Below, one piece after another: positions 45,614-55,600 of a stretch of DNA of 64,000 bases. How positions within the stretch are numbered: position 1 is the stretch's first letter; each line of letters begins with the position of its first letter. The position numbers and the translations under genes were made by a program. The DNA comes from an uncultured Acidimicrobiaceae bacterium (GTDB lineage Bacteria; Actinomycetota; Acidimicrobiia; Acidimicrobiales; RAAP-2). The notes beneath the pieces were generated by a model. It had not been told where the DNA came from. It was given only the letters and a program-made list of their open reading frames with translations, and made no database searches. The stretch spans positions 13,710 to 77,709 of the forward strand of contig OY969604.1 in the NCBI GenBank assembly GCA_963701325.1, given 5' to 3'.

Positions 45614-45675
45614 GGCCCTGGTCGCCGGGGTGACCGGCGCACCGTTCGGGCTGCTCACCCGGGTACCGTGTAGGG

Positions 45676-48150
45676 ATGGCTCTGGCCACACCAGTCCCCG
45701 CTGAGGGGACCGCAGGGACCGGCGGAGCGGTGCTCCGCGGATCGTCGCTCCCGCCTGCCGAAGCCGAGCTCCTGGGGCCGGTCCTCGACGCCTTCCTGCG
45801 GCGGCACCCGGCAGACGACACCTCGATCATCATCCGCGCCGCGGAGACGGCCACCGTCGCCCATGCCGGCCAGCTGCGCCGATCCGGCGAGGCCTACATC
45901 ACCCACCCCATCGCGGTTGCCGGGATCGTCGCCGATCTCGGTCTCGACGCCCAGACGGTCGCCGCCGCCCTCCTGCACGACGCAGTGGAGGACACCGGGG
46001 TCACCACCGAGCTCATCGAGCGTGACTTCGGGCCCGCGGTCGCCCTCATCGTGGAGGGGGTGACCAAGCTCGACCGTCTCCAGTTCGACTCGAAGGAGGC
46101 CCAACAGGCGGCCACGGTGCGCAAGATGCTGGTGGCGATGGCCGACGACTGGCGGGTCCTCATCATCAAGCTGGCCGACCGCCTGCACAACATGCGGACC
46201 CTCTCGGTCATGCCGGAGTGGAAACAGCGCCGCACCGCGGAGGAGACCCTGGACATCTACGCCCCGCTGGCCCATCGACTGGGTATCCAGGAGGTCAAGT
46301 GGCAGCTCGAGGACCTGGCCTTTGCGACCCTCCACCCCAAGCGCTACGCCGAGATCGAACAGATGGTCGCCAGCCGGGCCCCGCTGCGCGACGAGTTCCT
46401 GGCCAGAGTCCTGGTCTCGGTGCGCGAGCGCCTGGCCGCTTCCGGCCTGACCGCAGAGGTCACCGGGCGACCGAAGCACCTCTGGAGCATCTACGAGAAG
46501 ATGGTCGTCCGGGGCAAGGAGTTCGACGAGCTCTACGACCTGGTGGGGATCCGGGTGATCGTCGAGTCGGACAAGGACTGCTGGGCGGCGCTCGGGTCCA
46601 TCCATGCCATCTGGCCACCGGTCCAGGGCCGGTTCAAGGACTACATCAACTCGCCCAAGTTCAATCTCTACCAGTCGCTCCACACCACGGTCATCGGCCT
46701 CGACGGCAAGCCGATCGAGGTCCAGGTCCGGACCCATGAGATGCACCGCCGGGCCGAGTACGGGATCGCCGCCCACTGGGGGTACAAGGAGAACCCCGGT
46801 CGGCCCGATCGCCCGGGGACCGGAGGAGGACCCACCGTCGATGCCGCGCCCGCTGGGCTCGCCGTCCGGCCGCGCAAGGGCCGCGTCAAAGGAGGGGAGG
46901 GCAGCCGCAAGGACCACCCCCAGAAGTCCCCGGGGACCGACCCGACCAAGCGGGCCGACGTCGCCGAGCGCGACCGGCGGGCCGAGCGTCATGCACTGGC
47001 GAAGGAGACATCGTCGACCACCGCCGAGATCGAGTGGATGCAGCGGATCGTCGACTTCCAGAACGAGACGACCGATCCGATCGAATTCCTCGAGGCGCTC
47101 AAGCTCGACCTCGAGGAGGACGAGGTCTATGTCTTCACCCCCAAGGGCAAGGTCATCGCACTGACCGCCAATGCCACGCCGGTCGACTTCGCCTACAGCA
47201 TCCATACCGAGGTCGGACACCGCTGTATCGGGGCCAAGGTCAACGGCCGGCTGGTCCCGCTCGAGACCAAGCTCAACTCGGCGGACACGGTGGAGATCTT
47301 CACCTCGAAGGCGCCGACGGCGGGACCGTCCCGGGACTGGTTGGGCATCGTCGCCTCCTCGCGGGCCCGGACCAAGATCCGCCAGTGGTTCTCCCGGGAG
47401 CGCCGTGAGGACGCCATCGAGCTCGGGCGGGAGGAGCTGATCAAGGAGCTCCGGCGGGAGGGTCTCCCCGTCCAGAAGCTGGCCTCCGAGCGCGCCCTCG
47501 CCGAGCTCGCCGTCACCATGAACTACGCCGACATCGACGCGTTGCATGCGGCGATCGGCGACAACCGGATCTCGGCCCGCGCGGTGGCCCAGCGCATCCT
47601 GCGCGAGCTGCGGGGCGGGGTCTACGAGGAGCAGCTCCCGGTCACCGCCCGCCAGCAGCCGATCGCGGCCCGACCGGGGCGGGGCTCGGCGGTCGGGGTG
47701 TACGTCGAAGGACTCGACGACCTCATGGTGCGGCTCTCCCGCTGCTGCACACCGGTCCCAGGCGACGAGATCGTCGGGTTCGTGACCCGGGGTCGGGGTG
47801 TCTCGGTCCACCGTGCAGACTGTGCCAACGCAGCCTCCCTGGCCAGCCGGTCGCGCGAACGGCTCATCGAGGTCGAATGGGACCATCGGTCCTCCGGTGT
47901 CTTCGTGGCGACCATCGAGGTGGTGGCCATCGACCGGTCCCGGTTGCTCGCCGACGTGACCAAGGTGGTCTCCGAGCACCACCTCAACATCGTGAGCGCC
48001 AATACCCAGACCGACTCCGACCGGATCAGCCGGATGCGGTTCGACGTCGAACTGGCCGACCCGGCCCATCTGGAATCGGTGCTCAACCTGATCCGGCACC
48101 TCGACGCGGTCTACGACGTGTACCGGATCCTCCCCGGCAAGAAGGACTGA
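45676..48150 (+). CDS. relA: Bifunctional (p)ppGpp synthetase / guanosine-3',5'-bis(diphosphate) 3'-pyrophosphohydrolase (long RSH, Rel)
   Basis: HD domain HPIAVAGIVADLGLD...LLHDAVEDT. Synthetase RPKHLWSIYEKM...DLVGIRVIV...YQSLHTTV. TGS VYVFTPKGKVIAL...HTEVGHRCIGAKVNGR. C-terminal ACT-like domain. 824 aa. Confidence 0.95.
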   Translation: MALATPVPAEGTAGTGGAVLRGSSLPPAEAELLGPVLDAFLRRHPADDTSIIIRAAETATVAHAGQLRRSGEAYITHPIAVAGIVADLGLDAQTVAAALLHDAVEDTGVTTELIERDFGPAVALIVEGVTKLDRLQFDSKEAQQAATVRKMLVAMADDWRVLIIKLADRLHNMRTLSVMPEWKQRRTAEETLDIYAPLAHRLGIQEVKWQLEDLAFATLHPKRYAEIEQMVASRAPLRDEFLARVLVSVRERLAASGLTAEVTGRPKHLWSIYEKMVVRGKEFDELYDLVGIRVIVESDKDCWAALGSIHAIWPPVQGRFKDYINSPKFNLYQSLHTTVIGLDGKPIEVQVRTHEMHRRAEYGIAAHWGYKENPGRPDRPGTGGGPTVDAAPAGLAVRPRKGRVKGGEGSRKDHPQKSPGTDPTKRADVAERDRRAERHALAKETSSTTAEIEWMQRIVDFQNETTDPIEFLEALKLDLEEDEVYVFTPKGKVIALTANATPVDFAYSIHTEVGHRCIGAKVNGRLVPLETKLNSADTVEIFTSKAPTAGPSRDWLGIVASSRARTKIRQWFSRERREDAIELGREELIKELRREGLPVQKLASERALAELAVTMNYADIDALHAAIGDNRISARAVAQRILRELRGGVYEEQLPVTARQQPIAARPGRGSAVGVYVEGLDDLMVRLSRCCTPVPGDEIVGFVTRGRGVSVHRADCANAASLASRSRERLIEVEWDHRSSGVFVATIEVVAIDRSRLLADVTKVVSEHHLNIVSANTQTDSDRISRMRFDVELADPAHLESVLNLIRHLDAVYDVYRILPGKKD

Positions 48151-48157
48151 GGTCCTC

Positions 48158-49468
48158 GTGTGTGCGAAGCCGGTGGCGGCGCGCGCCCCGAGTGGCACCC
48201 ACGACGTCCTCTTTCCCGAGTCGACCCGTTGGGAGTCCCTGTTGACCCGCTTCGCCGACCAGGTCGAGCGGGCCGGCTACGGCCTCGTCCACACCCCGAT
48301 CTTCGAGGACGCCTCGATCTTCCGCCGGGGGATCGGTGAGGGGAGCGACGTCGTGGGCAAGGAGATGTACGAGTTCGAGGACCGCGGCGGCAGGCTCCTG
48401 GCCCTGCGACCGGAGGGGACCGCCCCGATGGTGCGGGCATTCGTCCAGCACCGTCCGTCGCTGCCGTGGAAGGCCTGGTACGCAACCCCGGCCTTCCGCT
48501 ACGAGCGTCCGCAGGCCGGCCGGTACCGCCAGCACCATCAGGTGGGGGTGGAAGCCCTCGGACCGTCCGACCCTGACCTCGATGTGGAGGTGATCGCGCT
48601 CGCCGACGGCTTCTTCCGGTCGCTCGGACTGCGCAGCTTCTCGCTCCGGCTCAACTCGATGGGGGACGGTCTCTGTCGACCGGCGTACCTCGACCTGCTG
48701 CGCGGGTATCTCGCGTCCCGCCGCCCGCAACTCTGCGGCGAGCACCGGGACCGGTTGGAGGCCAACCCGTTGCGGGTGCTCGACTGCAAGCTCGAGGCCT
48801 GCCGCACGGCGACGCAGGACGCGCCCCGGCTCGTCGACCACCTCTGCGATCCCTGTCGCGAGCACTTCGAGCGGGTCCGGTCCGGCCTCGACGCACTGGC
48901 GGTCCCCTACGTGCTCGACCACCGGCTGGTACGCGGGTTCGACTACTACACCCGGACCACCTTCGAGTTCTCGTCCGCTGCCCTCGAGTCGGCCCAGAAC
49001 GGGATCGGCGGCGGGGGGCGCTACGACGGCCTCGTCGAGATGCTCGGTGGCCCACCGACCCCGGGCATCGGGTTCGGGATCGGGATCGAGCGGGTCCTCC
49101 TGGCCTGTGACGCCGAAGGCTCCTTCCCGGTCGTCCCGGCTCGGCTCGACGCGTTCGTGGTCGACACCACCGGCGGGACGGTCGCCAGGGACTTGACGGC
49201 GGCGCTGCGCGGCGCCGGGCTCTCAGCCGACCGTGCCTTCGACGACCGCTCGATGAAGGCCCAGCTCAAGCTTGCCGACCGGTCCGGCGCGGCGGTCGCG
49301 CTCATCGCCGGTCCGGACGAGGTCGCCTCGGGTACGGTGTCACTCCGGCCCCTGCGCACAGCGGGGGACCAGCGCACCGTGCCGGTCGCGGAGGTAGTGG
49401 ACGCGGTGCGTGCCGCCACCCGACCGGGCGGGATCGTCGATCCCGCCCTCGGGCACCAGGCCCCGTGA
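48158..49468 (+). CDS. hisS: Histidine--tRNA ligase
   Basis: GTHDVLFPES, EMYEFEDRGGRLLALRPEGTAPMVR, FRYERPQAGRYRQHHQ, GGGGRYDGL. GAGG RBS lies before GTG 48158. Confidence 0.95.
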   Translation: MCAKPVAARAPSGTHDVLFPESTRWESLLTRFADQVERAGYGLVHTPIFEDASIFRRGIGEGSDVVGKEMYEFEDRGGRLLALRPEGTAPMVRAFVQHRPSLPWKAWYATPAFRYERPQAGRYRQHHQVGVEALGPSDPDLDVEVIALADGFFRSLGLRSFSLRLNSMGDGLCRPAYLDLLRGYLASRRPQLCGEHRDRLEANPLRVLDCKLEACRTATQDAPRLVDHLCDPCREHFERVRSGLDALAVPYVLDHRLVRGFDYYTRTTFEFSSAALESAQNGIGGGGRYDGLVEMLGGPPTPGIGFGIGIERVLLACDAEGSFPVVPARLDAFVVDTTGGTVARDLTAALRGAGLSADRAFDDRSMKAQLKLADRSGAAVALIAGPDEVASGTVSLRPLRTAGDQRTVPVAEVVDAVRAATRPGGIVDPALGHQAP

Positions 49469-49562
49469 CCGGCCTGTCACCCGGAAAGGACCACCGTTGA
49501 CCGATCCACCCGCGGCCAAGTCTCCGCACGCGCAGCCGGCCTCGTCGACCGGGGCCACCACC

Positions 49563-51293
49563 ATGCGCGACCGGATGTGCGGCTCGGTCGACACCAACGA
49601 TGTGGGTGTCCGGGTCACGGTGTGCGGCTGGGTCGCCAAGCGCCGTGAGCACGGCGAGCACCTGGCCTTTGTCGACCTGCGGGACCACACCGGCATCGTG
49701 CAGTGCGTCGTGCCGGGCACGGTCGACGTCCGGAGCGAGTACGTCGTGGCGGTCGAGGGCGAGGTACGGCACCGGCCCGAGGGGACGGTCAACCCCGAGC
49801 TCCCGACCGGTGAGGTCGAGCTCGGCGACTGCACGGTCACCGTGCTCAATGTCGCGGAGCCGCCTCCCTTCGCCGTGGACGACCGGGTCGAGGTCGACGA
49901 GGTGGTGCGGCTCACCAACCGCTTCGTGGACCTGCGCCGGCCTCGGATGCAGGCCAACCTCCGGGTGCGGGCCACGGTCAACCGCGCGTTGCGGGCGGCC
50001 ATGGACCGGCAGGGTTTCGTCGAGGTCGAGACGCCAATGCTCTGGGCGCCGACCCCCGAGGGGGCCCGCGAGTTCGCAGTGCCCAGCCGGCTCCACCCGG
50101 GGTCCTGTTACGTGCTGCCCCAGAGTCCCCAGCTGGCCAAGCAGCTCCTCATGGTGGCCGGGGTCGACCGCTACTTCCAGATCGCCCGCTGCCTGCGGGA
50201 CGAGGATCTGCGTGCCGAGCGCCAGTTCGAGTTCTCCCAACTCGACGTCGAGGCATCCTTCGTCGATCAGGAGGACATCCTCGGCTTCGTGTCCGAGGCC
50301 GTCCTCGACGCGGCCGAGGCGGTCACCGGGGAGCGGCCCGGACCGGTGCCGCGGATGACCTGGGCCGAGGCCGTCGACCGCTACGGGTCGGACAAGCCCG
50401 ACCTCCGCTTCGGCATGGAACTGGTCGACCTCTCCGAGCTCTTCGCCGGCACCGAGGTCAGGGCGTTCGGGGCGCCCTGCGTGAAGGCCATCGTGCTCGA
50501 GGGCGGGGCATCACTCGGCCGCTCTCGGCTGGACGCGCTCACCGAACGGGCCAAGGCCCTCGGGGCCAAGGGGTTGGCCTGGTTCCGGGTACAACCCGGA
50601 GCGGACCGCACGGCCGATCTGGATTCGCCGCTCAACCGCTTCCTCTCGGACGACGAGCGGAGCGGCCTCCTGGCCGCCACCGGTGCCGCGGTCGGGGATC
50701 TCGTCCTGGTGGTGGCCGACCAGTACCGCGAAGCCTGTGCCGTGCTCGGCGCGCTGCGGTCGGATCTCGGCGGCAGGCCGGTCTCCGAGGGTCCGTACCG
50801 CTACCTCTGGGTGGTGGACTTCCCGTTGTTCGACGGGGTCGACGACGAAGGCCGCCCGATCGCCGCCCACCACCCGTTCACCATGCCCCACCCCGACGAC
50901 ATCGACCGGCTCGAATCGGACCCGGCCTCGGTGCGGAGCCAGGCCTACGACCTGGTCCTCAACGGATGGGAGCTCGGCTCGGGCAGTGTCCGTGTGCACC
51001 GGGCTGACATCCAACGGCGCATCTTCTCGGTCCTCGGTCTCGGCGACGAGGAGATCGCCTCGCGCTTCGGCTTCCTGCTGGGTGCCTTCCGGTTCGGTGC
51101 ACCGCCGCACGCGGGCTTCGCAGTCGGCATCGACCGCCTGGCCGCCATCTTCGCCGGCGAGGACAGCATCCGCGAGGTCATCGCCTTCCCGAAGACGCAG
51201 TCCGGATGGGACCCGATGACCGACGCGCCCAAGCCCCTCGCTCCAGGCGCGCTCGCCGAGCTCGGGCTGCGACCTCTGCCCGCGGCGGAGTGA
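49563..51293 (+). CDS. aspS: Aspartate--tRNA ligase
   Basis: MRDRMCGSVDTNDVGVRVTVCGWVAKRREHGEHLAFVDLRDHTG (OB fold), QSPQLAKQLLMVAG, CLRDEDLRAERQFEFSQLD, GWELGSGSVRVH, PPHAGFAVGIDRL. The ORF is open from 49410; a TTG at 49497 with a GGAAAGGA RBS is an alternative start. Confidence 0.95.
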   Translation: MRDRMCGSVDTNDVGVRVTVCGWVAKRREHGEHLAFVDLRDHTGIVQCVVPGTVDVRSEYVVAVEGEVRHRPEGTVNPELPTGEVELGDCTVTVLNVAEPPPFAVDDRVEVDEVVRLTNRFVDLRRPRMQANLRVRATVNRALRAAMDRQGFVEVETPMLWAPTPEGAREFAVPSRLHPGSCYVLPQSPQLAKQLLMVAGVDRYFQIARCLRDEDLRAERQFEFSQLDVEASFVDQEDILGFVSEAVLDAAEAVTGERPGPVPRMTWAEAVDRYGSDKPDLRFGMELVDLSELFAGTEVRAFGAPCVKAIVLEGGASLGRSRLDALTERAKALGAKGLAWFRVQPGADRTADLDSPLNRFLSDDERSGLLAATGAAVGDLVLVVADQYREACAVLGALRSDLGGRPVSEGPYRYLWVVDFPLFDGVDDEGRPIAAHHPFTMPHPDDIDRLESDPASVRSQAYDLVLNGWELGSGSVRVHRADIQRRIFSVLGLGDEEIASRFGFLLGAFRFGAPPHAGFAVGIDRLAAIFAGEDSIREVIAFPKTQSGWDPMTDAPKPLAPGALAELGLRPLPAAE

Positions 51294-51303
51294 GGGCGCA
51301 CCG

Positions 51304-52665
51304 TTGGCAGGCGACGACCTGTTCTCCGGGGCGGCGCGTGAGCACCTCGAGCAGCGGGCCCCGCTGGCGGCGCGGCTGCGCCCACGGTCGCTCGACGAGA
51401 TCGTGGGCCAGCAGCACCTCGTCGGACCCGGCGCCCCGCTGCGCGCGCTCATCGAGTCGGACCGGCTGACCTCGGCCATCCTCTGGGGTCCGCCGGGCAC
51501 CGGCAAGACGACCCTGGCCGCGGTGGTGGCGGCGGCCACGGCCAAGCGGTTCGTCCCCCTGTCGGCGGTGAGCGCCGGGGTCAAAGACGTGCGGGAAGTG
51601 GTCGAGGGCGCCCGGCGGCTCCTCGGGGAGCAGGGCCGCGGCACGATCCTCTTCCTCGACGAGGTCCACCGGTTCAACCGCTCCCAGCAGGACGCCCTGC
51701 TCCCGTCGGTCGAAGAGGGACTGCTGGTGCTGATCGGTGCGACCACCGAGAACCCGTTCTTCGAGGTCAACGCACCGCTGCTCTCGCGGTCGACCCTCTG
51801 GCGCCTGGAGCCCCTCTCGGAGGACGAACTGTCCGAGGTCGTCGCCCGCGCGCTGGCCGCAGAGGGGGCCGCGGCCGACCCGGAGGCGGTGGCCGCGCTG
51901 GTGGGCCTGGCCGACGGGGACGCACGCGCGGTGCTCACCACCCTCGAGGTGGCCCTCGCCCTGGCAGGCCCGCGACCGGTCGCCCTCGACGATGTGGAGC
52001 GGGCACGGCACACCCGCCTCCAGCACTACGGGGAGGACGACCACTACGACCAGGTCAGCGCCTTCATCAAGTCGGTGCGGGGTTCCGACCCCGACGGCGG
52101 TCTCTACTGGCTGGCCCGGATGCTCGAGTCGGGGGAGGATGCCCGGTTCATCGCCCGCCGACTGGTGATCCTGGCCAGCGAGGACATCGGGGAGGCCGAC
52201 CCGCTCGCGCTAGTGGTGGCTGATGCCGCGGCCCGGGCGGTCGAGTTCGTCGGCCTCCCCGAGGCCCAGCTCAACCTGGCCCAGGCGGTCGTGCACCTCG
52301 CCTGTGCACCCAAATCGAACCGGGTCACGGTCGCCCTCGGGCGGGCTGTTCGGGACGTACGCGACGGGCCCCGGGGCGACGTGCCCACCCATCTGCGCGA
52401 CGCCCACTACCGCAGCGCTGCGGCCATCGGGCACGGCGAAGGCTACGAGTACCCGCACGATCATCCCGATGCGTTCGTGGCCCAGGAGTACCGACCGGCC
52501 GGCGTGGCCTCCACCCGCTACTACGAACCGAGTGACCGCGGGCACGAGGCAGTGGTGTCCGAGCGGCTCCGCCGGTGGCGGGCAGGTGGGGACGAACCGT
52601 TGGCATCCCAGTCGGGGGTCGATGATCCGGTGGTACCCGACCCGGCGGCTGATGGGGAAGACTGA
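51304..52665 (+). CDS. rarA: Replication-associated recombination protein A (RarA/MgsA AAA+ ATPase)
   Basis: LRPRSLDEIVGQQHL, Walker A GPPGTGKTT, LFLDEVHRFNRSQQDALLP, IGATTENP, HYDQVSAFIKSVRGSDPD. TTG start. Confidence 0.93.
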   Translation: MAGDDLFSGAAREHLEQRAPLAARLRPRSLDEIVGQQHLVGPGAPLRALIESDRLTSAILWGPPGTGKTTLAAVVAAATAKRFVPLSAVSAGVKDVREVVEGARRLLGEQGRGTILFLDEVHRFNRSQQDALLPSVEEGLLVLIGATTENPFFEVNAPLLSRSTLWRLEPLSEDELSEVVARALAAEGAAADPEAVAALVGLADGDARAVLTTLEVALALAGPRPVALDDVERARHTRLQHYGEDDHYDQVSAFIKSVRGSDPDGGLYWLARMLESGEDARFIARRLVILASEDIGEADPLALVVADAAARAVEFVGLPEAQLNLAQAVVHLACAPKSNRVTVALGRAVRDVRDGPRGDVPTHLRDAHYRSAAAIGHGEGYEYPHDHPDAFVAQEYRPAGVASTRYYEPSDRGHEAVVSERLRRWRAGGDEPLASQSGVDDPVVPDPAADGED

Positions 52666-52669
52666 CCGC

Positions 52670-55600
52670 ATGCGGGCGTCGAGATCGCGGGGCCTGGCGT
52701 CGCTGCGGCTGGCCGCGGTGCCCGTCGCACTGACCCTGCTCGCAGGATTCTGGTCCGGAGCAGCGACTGCGGCGCCGGCGCACCCGCTCGCGATGGTCCG
52801 CCTGGTGGGCGCCGGCACCAGCATTCCGTCCGGAGCCACGGTGGTGGGCGCGACCGATCCGGCGTCCACCGTCGAGGCCGAGGTGGTCCTCCGTCCGCGT
52901 GATCCGGCCGCGCTCGACGCGTTCGTGCGTTCCGTGTCGACGCCGGGGAGCCCGCAGTTCCGCCGCTACCTCCCGCGGGGCCGGTTCGGAGCTGTCTTCG
53001 GGCCCGATGCCGCGACGGTGACCGCCGCCCGGGACTGGCTCTCCTCGACCGGCCTCGTGGTCGGTCCGACCGCTCCGGACGGCCTCTTCATCCCGGTCTC
53101 GGGTTCGGCCACCGAGGTGGAGCGGAGCTTCTCGGTTTCCCTCGTCCAGGCCCGGTTGCGGAACGGATCGGTGACCCGGGTCGGCCTCGGCGATCCCGAG
53201 GTGCCCGCCGCGCTCGCCGGGGACATCCAGGGGGTCATCGGCCTGTCCGACGCCTCGCTCCTCCATCCGCAGATCGTCCTGGGTGGCGGTGGCGCGAGCA
53301 CGGCACGGCCCCCGGCGGCCGCCTCGCCGCGGTCCGGTGCCCACCCGCTCCAGGTCGGCCCCTCTCCGTGCCCCGAGGCGAGCCAGGTGGCGAGCGCCTT
53401 CAACGGGTGGACCGCGAACCAGTTGGCCTCGACCTATGGCCTCTCGACCCTCTACGGCGGGGGCCGCTCGGGCGCGGGCCAGACCGTCGGCGTCTACGAG
53501 CTCGAGTCCTACGACCCGAGTGACATCCAGACCTACGAGTCCTGCTACGGGCTCGGAGTGCCGGTCACCGACGTCACCGTCGACGGTGGTGCGGGCCCGC
53601 CGACCGAGGACGGTGAGGCTGCGCTGGACATCGAGATGGTGGCGGGGCTTGCGCCCTCGTCGTCGGTGCTCGTCTACACGGGTCCGCAGGTCGGGACCGG
53701 ACCGATCGACACGTACGCAGCCATGGTGGATGCTGACGCGGCCAAAGTGCTCTCGACGAGTTGGGGCGAGTGCGAGGCCGATATGGACCCGAGCGACCAA
53801 GCGGCGGAAACCGCGCTGTTCGCCCAGGCGGCCACCCAGGGACAGACCGTGCTGGCCGCCTCGGGCGACTCGGGCTCGAGCGACTGCTTCGACGTCCTGC
53901 ATCCGGCAGGTAGCCAGACGCTCGCGGTGGACGACCCCGCCGACCAGCCCGACGTGACCGGCGTGGGAGGCACCTCGCTGACCGCGGCGAACTCGAACGC
54001 CCCGTCCGAGTCGGTCTGGAACAACTGGGACGCCAGCAGCATGACCGGTGGCGCAGGGGGAGGGGGCAACTCGACGGTGTTCGTCGCTCCCTTCTGGCAG
54101 CAGGTGCCCGGCGCCGAGATCCCGGACACCGTGCGCACCTGCGGACCCCACGCCGACCAGCAGTGCCGTGAGGTTCCCGACGTCGCCGCCTCGGCCGACC
54201 CGGACCACGGCGTCGTCATCTTCTTCGACGGGCACTGGTCGCCGGTAGGGGGGACCAGTGCGGCGGCCCCGCTCTGGGCCGGACTGCTCGCCGACACCAA
54301 TCAGGGCTGCAACACCCCGGCCGGACTGCTCGGTCCCGAGCTCTACCAGTCCGGGGCTGCCTCCTCCGAGAACGACATCACCACCGGGAGCAACAGCATC
54401 TTCCCGGGGATGACCGGCGGACTGTTCGACGCGCACGTGGGCTACGACCTGGCCTCGGGGTGGGGGAGTCCCCGTGCCGCCTCGCTGCTCGGCCTGTTCT
54501 CCGGAGCGGCTGCCGGTTGCCCCGCCGTCACCGGGCTCTCCCCGTCGTCGGGCAAGGCCTCAGGCGGCCAGACGGTGGTCGTCAACGGCTCCGGGTTCGG
54601 CACCGGCACACCGACCGTCCGGTTCGGTGGTACGGCAGCGACCGTCGTTTCGCACACCCCGAGCTCGCTGACGGTGACCACCCCCGACGTGGTCACCGGT
54701 CAGCAGTCGGTGGTCACGGTCACCACCACCGGTCCGGCCGCGGGCACGAGCGCCGCAGTTCCCTCGTCGACGTTCACCTTCATCTCCCCGCGGGTGACCT
54801 CGGTGATCCCGATCAAAGGTCCGACCACCGGGGGCGGACAGGTCACCATCGCCGGCTCCGACTTCGGCGGCGCGACCTCGGTCCGATTCGGCACCAGCGC
54901 CGCAGGATCCTTCACGGTGACCTCGCCAGGATCGATCGTGGCCACCGTGCCCGCCGGGCCTGCCGGAGGGGCGACCGTGGACGTCTCGGTGACCTCCCCG
55001 GACGGGACGAGCCCGCAGGTCGGCTCCGATCGCTACATCTACGCCCTGCCGGGCTACTGGCTGGTCGCCTCCGACGGCGGCATCTTCGACTTCGGTCACG
55101 CCGGGTTCTACGGATCGACCGGCAACCTGACCCTCAACCAGCCGGTGGTCGGGATGGCCGCGACCCCCGACGGCAAGGGCTACTGGCTGGTCGCCTCCGA
55201 CGGCGGCATCTTCGCCTACGGCGATGCCGGCTTCTACGGTTCGACCGGCAACCTCACGCTCAACCGCCCGGTGGTCGGCATGGCCGCGACCCCTGACGGC
55301 AAGGGCTACTGGCTGGTCGCCTCCGACGGCGGCATCTTCGCCTACGGCGACGCCGGCTTCCACGGCTCGACCGGAGGGATCACGCTCAACCGCCCGGTGG
55401 TCGGGATGGCTTCGACCCCCGACGGCAAGGGGTACTGGCTGGTCGCCTCTGACGGCGGCATCTTCGCCTTCGGCGACGCCGGCTTCCACGGCTCGACCGG
55501 CAACCTCATCCTCAACCGCCCGGTGGTCGGGACGGCTTCGACCCCAGACGGCAAGGGCTACTGGCTGGTCGCCTCCGACGGGGGCATCTTCGCCTTCGGC

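Noticed and set aside
52223-52669. Upstream extension of the S53 peptidase ORF (1191 aa from 52223) and the alternative ATG at 52652
   Set aside because: The extension overlaps the 3' end of rarA in another frame and has junk composition. A proper signal peptide begins at ATG 52670, just after the rarA stop.
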